From NCBI GenBank assembly GCA_963717935.1, contig CAVQXP010000004.1, positions 1,536,001 through 1,600,000 on the forward strand: a stretch of DNA of 64,000 bases, in the 5' to 3' direction. The translations under genes and the position numbers were made by a program. A model generated the notes under the pieces. It was not told the origin of the DNA. It did no database searches and saw only the letters and a program-made list of their open reading frames with translations. This stretch comes from Candidatus Eiseniibacteriota bacterium (GTDB lineage Bacteria; Eisenbacteria; RBG-16-71-46). This document shows, piece after piece, positions 1 to 9,760 of this stretch; within the stretch, counting starts at the first letter, position 1; every line of letters starts with the position of its first letter.

Positions 1-1
1 G

Positions 2-343
2 GTCGGCGGGCTCGGGATCGCGCCGGGGGCGAACCTCAACTACGACACCGGCCACGCGGTCTTCGAAGCGACCCACGGCACCGCCCCCAGGTACACGGGG
101 CAGGACAAGGTGAACCCCGGGTCGCTCATCCTTTCCGGGGTGATGATGCTGGACTACCTCGGCTGGAGCGAGGCCGCGCGGCTGATCGAGTCGGGCCTCG
201 AGCGGGCGATCGAGGCCGGCACCGTGACCTACGACCTCGCGCGGCTCATGCGCGAGGAGCGGCGCGCGGAAGTGCGCGAGGTGCGTTGTTCCGAGTTCGC
301 GACGGAGATCATCAACCGCTTCGACGGCCCGGTGCGGGCGTGA
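2..343 (+). CDS. icd: NADP-dependent isocitrate dehydrogenase, C-terminal part (5' end outside window)
   Basis: Frame from base 2 reads [11 protein letters not shown]...[10 protein letters not shown]...[20 protein letters not shown]...TVTYDLAR; directly upstream of citrate synthase. Confidence 0.92.
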   Translation, partial: VGGLGIAPGANLNYDTGHAVFEATHGTAPRYTGQDKVNPGSLILSGVMMLDYLGWSEAARLIESGLERAIEAGTVTYDLARLMREERRAEVREVRCSEFATEIINRFDGPVRA

Positions 344-363
344 AGGACGGGAGGCGAGACGCC

Positions 364-1651
<1,288 letters not shown>

Positions 1652-1667
1652 CGGGGGAGGAGACGGA

Positions 1668-1695
1668 ACGGGGCCCCGCTCGCGCGGGGCCCCGT
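1668..1695. terminator. Hairpin between convergent gltA and tldE
   Basis: ACGGGGCCCCGC-tcgc-GCGGGGCCCCGT, perfect 12-bp stem; no clear U tract. Confidence 0.6.
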
Positions 1696-1730
1696 CGTTC
1701 GCTGCGGGCCGGATGCCGGTGTCGCCGGTC

Positions 1731-3072
1731 CTAGCCCTGCTTGCCGCCCACCGTGATCTCGGCGAACTTGATGGTCGGCGCCGAGATCCGGTCGCGCATC
1801 TCGAGGTCGTTGCCCACCATCTCGACGTTCTGCAGCAGCGTGCCGAGGTTGGCGGAGATGGTGATCTCGGACACCGGGAAGGCGAGTGCGCCCTTCTCGA
1901 TCCACAGGCCGAACGCGCCCACCGAGATGTCCCCGGTCGTCGGCTCCTGCCCCAGCCCGAGGAAGCGCGTGAGGTAGAGGCCCTTGTCCACCGACTTGAT
2001 GATGTCCTCCGGGCTGGACGTGCCCGCCGCCCAGTAGAGGTTGTTGGGGCCGCCCGCGTTGCCCGTCGAGGCGCTGCTTGAGCTTGCTTGCCCCAGTAGG
2101 TGTCGAGCAGGTAGCTCTTCAGCACGCCCTTCTCGATGACCTCGATCCGGCGGCAGGGCACGCCCTCGCCGTCGAACGGGACCGTCGCCGCGCCCGCCGA
2201 CCAGCAGGCCGTCGTCCACGATGTTGACCCGCTCGTTGCCGACCTTCGTGCCCGAGCTTGTCGGCCAGGAACGACTGCCGGCGCGCGATGCTGATGCCGC
2301 TCAGGCACTGCGCCAGGAAGCCGAGCAGCCAGGCGCCCATCTGCGGGTCGAACACCACGGGCACGTTCTGGGTCTCGACCGTGCGCCCGCCGAGCAGCCG
2401 CACCATGCGCTCCACGGCGATCTTCCCGAGCTCCTCCGGCGGCTTCAGGTCGGCCAGCTGGGTCGAGGAGTCGCCCCAGTAGTCCTCGAACAGGTTGGTG
2501 CCCTCGCCGCCCTGGAAGCCGCCGCCGCAGTTGATGAGGCTGCGACGGTAGGAGCCGGCGAAGCCCTTCGAGTTCGCCAGCGTCACGTTCCAGTTGAACG
2601 AGTTGCAGCTGGCGCCCATGGACTTCTTGATCCGCGGGTCCTTGAGGCCGACCGCCTCGAGCCGCCTTGGCGACGGCGATGCGCTTCTCGACGGTCACCT
2701 CGGTCACCGCCGGATCGAAGATCTTGAGCTCCTCGACCTTCGCCTGGATCGGCTCCGCCTCGGGCAGTCCTCCGAACGGGTCCTGGCCCGCCAGCCGGGC
2801 CCGTGCGATGGCGTTGTCCACCAGCCGCTCGAGGGTCTCGGTGGCGAAGTCCGAGGACGACGCGCTGGCGGCCTTGCCGTCCACGAAGACGCGCAGGTTG
2901 AGGTTCTTGAACACGGACTCGGTGAGCCGGTCGATGTTCTGGTCGAGGACGTTGACGCGGGACTCCAGCGCCCTCCTGGATGGTCACCTCGACCTCGGAG
3001 GCGCCCTTGCTGCGTGCCGTACGCCACCAGGCTCTGGGCCAGCCCCATCCGATCGTTGGTCTTCGCGCTCAT
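1731..3072 (-). CDS. pmbA: TldE/PmbA family protein, several frameshifts
   Basis: Fragments in several frames: VPFDGEGVP...VIEKGVLKSYLLD, TGDISVGAFGLWIEKG...PVSEITISANL...VGND; start overlaps the tldD stop. Confidence 0.85.
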
Positions 3073-4602
3073 GACCGGCCTCCCACCGTCATCTGGCGGA
3101 TCTTGAAGGTCGGCGTGCCCGCGGTGACCGGCGCGCCCTGGCCGTCCTTGCCGCAGGTGCCCAGGAAGAACGCCAGGTCGTTGCCGATCATCTCCACCTC
3201 CTTGAGGATCTGGACGTTGGTGCCGATCAGCGTGGCGTTCTTCACCGGGTGCGTGAGCTTGCCGTCCTCGATGGCGTAGCCGAGGTTGACGGAGAAGGTG
3301 AACTTGCCCGTGTTCTCGACCATCCCGCCCGCGTAGCTCTCGGCGTAGAAGCCCTTCTTGACCGACTTGATGATGTCCTCGGGGCTCGCGTCGCCCGGGC
3401 GCGAGCACGGTGTTGTTCATGCGCGGGATCGGCATGTTGTCGAAGCGCTGGCGCCGTCCGTGTCCGTTGGGCTTCATCTTCAGGATCCGCGCGGAGAGCC
3501 GGTCGTGCAGGTAGCCGACCAGCCTGCCGTTCTCGATCAGCATGACCTTGCCGGTGGGCGTGCCCTCGTCGTCGACGTTGAGGCTGCCGCGGTAGTGGGG
3601 GATGGTGGCGTCGTCGTAGATGGTGACGCTCGGGTCGCGCCACCATCTGGCCCAGCTTGTCCCACATGATCGAGGTCTTCTGCCAGTTGCCGTCGGCCTC
3701 GAGCGGGTGCCCCACGGCCTCGTGGACCATGACGCCCGAGTTGAAGTTGCCCAGCACCACCGGCCACTCGCCCGGCGCCGGGTCCTCGGCCGCGAGCAGG
3801 ATGATCGCCTCCTTGGCCGCCCGCTCGCCGATCTCCTTCGGGGTCGTGCCCGCGGTCCGGTAGAAGGCCATCCCGACGCGGCCCCCCGCGTTGCCCCGGC
3901 CGGAGACGCGCTTGCCGTCGTCCTCGGCGGTCGCGGACGCGACGCAGCCGCACCTGCGGCCGCGCGTCGGACACCATCAGCCCGTCGCTGTTGACGATGG
4001 TCACGCACTGCAGCGAGTCGGCGAGGTTCGCCACCACCTTGGTGATGCGCGGGTCGTGCCCCTTGGCCGCCTGGTAGGCCTCCTTGACCAGCGTGATCCG
4101 GTCTCCCAGCGGGGCGTCGGCGAACGGGCTCGTCATCATGTAGACCTGCCGGCCCGGCTGGACCGGCTTGATCGCCGCCGCGCGGACCTTGGCCCCGGAC
4201 GAGGCGATGGCCGCCGCCGTGAGCGCCGCGCGCTGCATCGTCTCGGGCGAGAGGTCCGAGGTGTAGGCGAAGCCGGTCTGCTTGCCGTTCAGCACCCGGA
4301 TCCCCACGCCCAGCGCGACGTCCTCGGCTGGACTCGCGGATGATGTCGTCCTCCATCACCACGTTGTTGCTCAGCGTGTACTCGAAGAAGAGCTCGGCGA
4401 AGTCGCCGCCCTTGGACAGGGCCGCCTCGAGCACCTTCTTCATGACCTCCTTCGTGACGCCGAACCGGCTCGCGAACAACTCCTCGCCCGGCTTGAGGAT
4501 CATCCCGGCGAACAGCTGGTCGTAGAACAGGCTCGAGAGCACGACGGCCCCGGCTCCGGCCCCGGCGAGCTTGAGGAACTTCCGTCGTTCGATCGGTTTC
4601 AT
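3069..4602 (-). CDS. tldD: TldD family metalloprotease with Tat-like N-terminus, several frameshifts
   Basis: GGDFAELFFE, HEAVGHPLEAD, GSLNVDDEG, PIPRMNNT and GTCGKDGQ motifs; N-terminus MKPIERRKFLK plus hydrophobic stretch. Confidence 0.9.
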
Positions 4603-4923
4603 CCGTTGTTCCCTCCCCAGGAGAGCGTGGCGCATGGCGGCAGGAGTGCCGCCGATCCGGCGAGTTGAGGCGGCATCATACGCGAGCGGACGTGAGCGCC
4701 CGGGAATGCCGGACGACGGAAGCGGGAATCAGCGTGACGAGCGGGGAGAGAGCGGCCGCACACGCACGCCGGTCGTGCCCACGCTTGGCAACGCCGTGAC
4801 ACCGGCGCGCGCCCGCGGCCATCGGAAGGTGATGGGCACGAGCGGAGCCTGCGCGGAGTCCCGCGTCGGATCGGGATACCCGGCGTGCCCGTTCCCCGTG
4901 CCGGAGTGAAAGCGACCGTTCCC

Positions 4924-5796
4924 ATGACCGACGCCAGAGCCGTCCTCGAGATCTCCGGGCCGCTCTCGACCCACTGGGTCGGGAACGGCTTCCCCGTGCG
5001 CACGCTGTTCTCGCCGCAGGCTCAGGGACAGGGCCGCAGCCCGTTCCTGCTGCTGGACTACGCGGGTCCGCGCGACTTCGAGCCCACCACGGCGCGGCGC
5101 GGGGTGGAAGAGCATCCTCACCGCGGTTTCGAGACGGTGACCCTCGTCTACCGGGGCGAGCTCGAGCATCGCGACTCGGCCGGCCACCAGGGCCGGCTCG
5201 GCCCCGGGGACGTGCAGTGGATGACCGCCGCCTCGGGCGTGGTGCACGAGGAACTGCACGAGCGCGAGTTCGCCCGGCGTGGCGGCACCTTCGAGGCGGT
5301 GCAGCTCTGGGTGAACCTGCCCGCGGCGCACAAGCTCTCGCCGCCCCGCTATCAGGAGTTGCCCGCCGCGCGGATCCCCGTCGTCACCCTGCCCGGTGGC
5401 GCGTACGTGCGCGTCATCGCCGGCGATTGCGGGGGCATCGAAGGCGTGGCGCACACCGTGACTCCCCTCAACGTGTGGGACGTGCGGGTCGCGGCCGGCA
5501 GGCGGGCGGACCTGGAGATCCCGGCGGGGCACAACGCGATCGTGGCCTTGCTCCGGGGTGAAGTGGCCGTCGAGGGCAAGGGAACCCTGGCCGGGCCACA
5601 GGCCGTGCTGCTGGGCCGAGACGGAGACCGCGTCGTGCTCGAGGCGAAGAGCGATGCGGGCCTGCTCCTGCTGACCGGCGAGCCCCTGGACGAGCCGATC
5701 GTGAGCCACGGGCCGTTCGTCATGAACACCGACGCGGAGATCCGGCAGGCGTTCGACGACTACCGCAGCGGCCGGATGGGGCGCCTGGCCGGCTGA
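4924..5796 (+). CDS. Pirin family protein
   Basis: SPFLLLDY, HPHRGFETVT, GDVQWMTAASGVVHEE, QLWVNLP and GPFVMN motifs. Confidence 0.93.
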   Translation: MTDARAVLEISGPLSTHWVGNGFPVRTLFSPQAQGQGRSPFLLLDYAGPRDFEPTTARRGVEEHPHRGFETVTLVYRGELEHRDSAGHQGRLGPGDVQWMTAASGVVHEELHEREFARRGGTFEAVQLWVNLPAAHKLSPPRYQELPAARIPVVTLPGGAYVRVIAGDCGGIEGVAHTVTPLNVWDVRVAAGRRADLEIPAGHNAIVALLRGEVAVEGKGTLAGPQAVLLGRDGDRVVLEAKSDAGLLLLTGEPLDEPIVSHGPFVMNTDAEIRQAFDDYRSGRMGRLAG

Positions 5797-5833
5797 ACGG
5801 GACAGCGCCCGGGCCCGGCGCGGCGGCGGGGGC

Positions 5834-7063
5834 TCAGCCGAAGAACAGGTAGCAGACGAGGATCGCCGCCACCACGCCCGCCGCGTCAGCCGCGAGGCCG
5901 CAGCCCAGGGCGTGGCGCGTCCGCTTCACCCCGACCGACCCGAAGTAGACGGCGAGGACGTAGAAGGTGGTCTCGGTGCTGCCCTGGATCACGCACACCA
6001 GGCGGCCCGCGAACGAGTCGGGACCGAGCGCCTTCATGGTCTCGACCATCAGGCCGCGCGCACCGCTGCCCGAGAGCGGCTTGATCAGCGCGGTCGGCAG
6101 GGCGTCCACCCAGCGGGTGTCGAGCGCGAGCGCGCTTGCGCCCGCGCGCAGGCTGCCGAGCAGCGCGTCGAGGGCGCCGCTGGCGCGCAGCACCCCCACC
6201 GCCACGAGGATCGCGACCAGGTAGGGCACGATCCCGATCGCGACCTGGAAGCCCTCCTTCGCGCCCTCGACGAAGGTCTCGTACAGCGGCACCCTGCGGC
6301 GGGCACCCGCGGCCAGGAACAGCACGACCACGGCCAGCAGCAACGCGTTCGCGAGCAGGCCCGACTGCCGGCCGACGGCCGCGGCGTCGAGCCGGGCGAA
6401 GTACCACACCAGCCCGCCCACCGCGGCGGTGAGCAGGCCGAGCCAGCCCACCACCGCGCGGTTCCAGAGGTTCAGCCGCTGCACCGCCGCCGTGACCAGC
6501 AGGCCGCACATCGTGCTGCAGTAGGTGGCGATCAGGATCGGCACGAAGACGTCGGTCGGGTCGGCCGCGCCGAGCTGGGCGCGGAACGTGAAGACCGTCA
6601 TCGGCAGCACCGTCACCGACGACGCGTTGATCACCATGAAGAGGATCATCTCGTCGGTGGCACGGTCGGGCTCGCGGTTGAGCGTCTGCAGCTCGCGCAT
6701 CGCCTTGAGGCCCAGCGGTGTGGCGGCGTTGTCGAGGCCGAGCGCGTTGGCCGACAGGTTCATCACGATCGCGCCGGCGGCGGGATGCCCGTCGGGGAGG
6801 CCGGGGAAGAGGCGCCGGAACAGCGGCCGGAACGCGCGCGCGATCCCCTCGACCACGCCGCCGCGCTCACCGATCCGCATCAGGCCGAGCCACAGGCTCA
6901 TCACGCCCGTGAGCCCGAGCGCGATCTCGAAGCCGGTCTTGGCGGAGTCGAACAGGGCGCCGACGACTTCGCGGAAGACATCCGGCCGGCCGAATACCAC
7001 CGCCTGCACCACGGCGGCGGCGAACGCGACGACGAAGAAGGCGGCCCAGATCCAGTTGAGCAT
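5834..7063 (-). CDS. Fused SpmA-SpmB / nucleoside recognition (Gate) domain membrane protein
   Basis: MNLSANALGLDNAATPLGLKAM, FVEGAKEG and QGSTETTFYVLAVYFGSV motifs; multiple TM segments. Confidence 0.85.
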   Translation of the reverse strand: MLNWIWAAFFVVAFAAAVVQAVVFGRPDVFREVVGALFDSAKTGFEIALGLTGVMSLWLGLMRIGERGGVVEGIARAFRPLFRRLFPGLPDGHPAAGAIVMNLSANALGLDNAATPLGLKAMRELQTLNREPDRATDEMILFMVINASSVTVLPMTVFTFRAQLGAADPTDVFVPILIATYCSTMCGLLVTAAVQRLNLWNRAVVGWLGLLTAAVGGLVWYFARLDAAAVGRQSGLLANALLLAVVVLFLAAGARRRVPLYETFVEGAKEGFQVAIGIVPYLVAILVAVGVLRASGALDALLGSLRAGASALALDTRWVDALPTALIKPLSGSGARGLMVETMKALGPDSFAGRLVCVIQGSTETTFYVLAVYFGSVGVKRTRHALGCGLAADAAGVVAAILVCYLFFG

Positions 7064-7109
7064 GGGCGGCAGCATAAGCGAAGCCGGGGCCGCGGTCATG
7101 CACGCGTTG

Positions 7110-7231
7110 CCCGGCGCCGGGGCGGGGCGCGGTCCAGGGCGTCCGCCGGGGCCGGAGCGGGGCGAGCAGAGGCACCATGCGCTCGCCCCCGGCGGAAGCT
7201 GCTTCAGCGCCCGTGTTCGTCGCTACGCGAA
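7110..7231 (-). repeat. Dispersed palindromic element, copy 1
   Basis: 7160-7188 is the exact reverse complement of 26688-26716; flanking blocks are also shared. Confidence 0.8.
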
Positions 7232-7256
7232 CGCCCCCGGGTCTCCCCGGGGGCGT
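7231..7256 (-). terminator. Hairpin downstream of the NmrA-like gene
   Basis: ACGCCCCCGGG-tctc-CCCGGGGGCGT, 11-bp stem. Confidence 0.5.
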
Positions 7257-7278
7257 CTCTCTCCGGCGATGCCCCGGC

Positions 7279-8181
7279 TCAGGCCCGTGCGCCCGCCTTC
7301 GCGACCGCCTCGACGGCGGGCTTGAGCGTGTCGATCGCGAACTGCCGCAGGGTGGTCGGCGTCGTGGTCTCGGGGTTCCGTGGCTCCGCCTGCTGGAACA
7401 CGCCGCTGCCCATCGCGTCGTACATCTCGACGTAGGAGTCGGCCACATAGGCCGGCAGCCCGCCGCCGAGCATGGCCTGCTTCGCCTGCTCCCCGGTGAC
7501 CTGCACGAAGCGGAGCGGCCGGCCCAGCGCTTCGCCGAGGATCTGCGCAGTCTGCTCGTAACTCAGATCCGCGGGCCCGTGAAGCCCCAGGATGCGCTGC
7601 CCGGTCCAGGTGCCGTCGCCCAGGAGCGCGATCGCCCGCATCGCGATGTCGCGCGTCGCGATCTGCGGGAAGCGCACGTCGCCCGCGATCGGGGCGAAGA
7701 TCGCGCCCATCGTGGCGATGCTGGCGACGCTGGCCAGGTGGTTCTCCATGAAGAACGTCGGCCGCAGGATGACCAGGTCGGCGAACCCGGCCTGGAACTC
7801 CCGCTCGACCTGGTGAAGCGACGAGATCGGGCCCACCCCGGTGGGCACCTGCGCGCTGATGCTGGAGAGCACCACCGCGCGCTTCACGCCGTTCCCGCGG
7901 GCGGTCGCGACGGCGAGCCTGGCGAGGTCCTGGTTCCAGCGCTGGTAGTCGGGGTTCGCCAGTCCCGGCGTGACCCAGAAGAGGGTATCCACTCCCCGGG
8001 TGGCCCGGTCCAGGGTGGCGGGGTCATCCAGGTCGCCCTGGACCACGGGGGCCCGGGTGCCCAGGCCGTCCAGCTTCTCGGGATGGCGCGAGATCAGGTT
8101 GAGGTCCAGCCCGGCGTCGAGCAGGTGCCGGGTGACGAGACGGCCGATCTTGCCCGTGGGCGTATTGACGAGGATGCGCAT
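7279..8181 (-). CDS. NmrA-family NAD(P)-binding protein
   Basis: MRILVNTPTGKIGR Rossmann start, VVLSS, ILRPTFFMEN, IATRDIA. Confidence 0.85.
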   Translation of the reverse strand: MRILVNTPTGKIGRLVTRHLLDAGLDLNLISRHPEKLDGLGTRAPVVQGDLDDPATLDRATRGVDTLFWVTPGLANPDYQRWNQDLARLAVATARGNGVKRAVVLSSISAQVPTGVGPISSLHQVEREFQAGFADLVILRPTFFMENHLASVASIATMGAIFAPIAGDVRFPQIATRDIAMRAIALLGDGTWTGQRILGLHGPADLSYEQTAQILGEALGRPLRFVQVTGEQAKQAMLGGGLPAYVADSYVEMYDAMGSGVFQQAEPRNPETTTPTTLRQFAIDTLKPAVEAVAKAGARA

Positions 8182-8501
8182 CAGCAGGCTCCCGTGGAGG
8201 TATGGGGTCGGGTGGGAAGCTCGCGCGGAGGTTCGATCCGGCCACCCGGGCAGGGCCGGCGGCCGGACCGGTCCAGCGATGCATACTGAGATGCGCCAGG
8301 CTGCGGAGCGATCTTCGTGCACCGGCGGAACTGCGGGTGGAGGGCCGGCCCGGGCGGCCATCGCGCCCTGGGTCACGTGCGGCCGCGGGCGCCCGGGCAC
8401 GCGCACGCGCACGTTGCGCCACTCCGGGGCCGACGTGCTAGGTTTCGAGCCGCGAGCCGCGGCTCCTGGCACGTGATCCATCTCGGAGGCCTCGACGTCC
8501 C

Positions 8502-9689
8502 GTGAAGTACGCCATCGTTCTGCCCGACGGAGCCGCCGACGAACCGCTCGCGCAGCTGGGCGGGAGGACCCCGCTGGAGGCCGCCCGCATCCCGCACATG
8601 GACCGGGTCGCGGAGCAGGGCAGGCTCGGCCGCTACGTGACGATCCCGGAGGGCTTCACGCCCGCGACCGACGTGGGGACGCTGTCGGTCCTGGGGTACG
8701 ACCCGCAGGTCTACTACTCGGGGCGCGCGCCCATCGAGGCGGCGGCGAAGGGGCTGTCGGCCCGTCCGGACCAGATGATCTTCCGTTGCAACTTCGTGGC
8801 CATCCAGGACGGGCTCATGAAGGACAACACGGCCGGCCATATCGCCCAGACCGAGGCCGACGCGCTCATCGCCGGCCTGCAGCGGGAGCTGGCGGACGAG
8901 GGCTGCGAGTTCCACGCCGGGGTGACCTACCGGAACCTCATGCTCCTTGCGGATGCCGCGGATCTCCGGCTGCGCTGTGCCCCGCCCCACGACATCATCG
9001 ACCAGCCGGTCCCGGGGCATCTGCCGGCGGGCGAGGGGAGCGCCCGGGTCACGCGGATCATGGAGCGGGCGCGCGCCGTGATCGCCGCCCACGACGTGAA
9101 TCGCAGTCGGCGTGAGCAGGGACGCGATCCCGTCACCGACATCTGGCTCTGGGGCCAGGGCCGGCCGGCGCGCCTGGAGACCTTCGCCTCGCGCTTCGGA
9201 CCCCGGGCGGCCGTGATCACGGGCGTGGACATCCTGCGCGGCATGGCCCGCCTGATGGGCATGGAGATCCTCGAGGTGCCGGGCGCGACGGGCTACATCG
9301 ACACCGACTACGCGGGCAAGGGCCGGGCGGCCGTGCGCGCGCTCGACGAGTTCGACCTGGTCATCGTCCACGTCGAAGCGGCCGACGAATCCGCGCACAT
9401 GGGCGACGCCGGGGAGAAGGTCCGCGCGCTCGAGCGGATGGACCAGGCGATCGTGGGGCCGCTCCTCGAGAAGTTGGCCCGGAGCCCGGCGTGGCGCGTG
9501 CTCGTCGCCGTGGACCACCCGACCCTGACCACGACGCGGGGGCATTCGGCCATCCCGCCGCTGTTCGCCTACGCGGGCACCGGCATCGAGGCCGTGGAGC
9601 GGGCTCCGTTCACGGAGACGGCGGCTGAACGGGGCGGCTACTGGGTCATGCCCGGCCACCGGCTCATGGAGGTCTTCCTGCGGGGCTGA
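8502..9689 (+). CDS. ApgM-type cofactor-independent phosphoglycerate mutase family (subgroup proposed as homoserine kinase)
   Basis: PDGAADEP...TPLEAA, YSGRAPIEAA, FRCNFV, PPHDI, WLWGQG, GATGYIDTDY, HVEAADESAH and DHPT motifs. Confidence 0.85.
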   Translation: MKYAIVLPDGAADEPLAQLGGRTPLEAARIPHMDRVAEQGRLGRYVTIPEGFTPATDVGTLSVLGYDPQVYYSGRAPIEAAAKGLSARPDQMIFRCNFVAIQDGLMKDNTAGHIAQTEADALIAGLQRELADEGCEFHAGVTYRNLMLLADAADLRLRCAPPHDIIDQPVPGHLPAGEGSARVTRIMERARAVIAAHDVNRSRREQGRDPVTDIWLWGQGRPARLETFASRFGPRAAVITGVDILRGMARLMGMEILEVPGATGYIDTDYAGKGRAAVRALDEFDLVIVHVEAADESAHMGDAGEKVRALERMDQAIVGPLLEKLARSPAWRVLVAVDHPTLTTTRGHSAIPPLFAYAGTGIEAVERAPFTETAAERGGYWVMPGHRLMEVFLRG

Positions 9690-9723
9690 GCCGGCCCTTG
9701 TCGGCCGGGGCCGCGGATGCGAC

Positions 9724-9754
9724 CGGGGCCGGGGAGCGTCGTCTCCCCGGCCCC
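9724..9754. repeat. Left direct repeat and hairpin bounding the pilus cassette
   Basis: CGGGGCCGGGGAGCGTCGTCTC (9724-9745) is identical to 14486-14507; folds as GGGGCCGGGGAG/CTCCCCGGCCCC. Confidence 0.8.
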
Positions 9755-9760
9755 CCCGGA

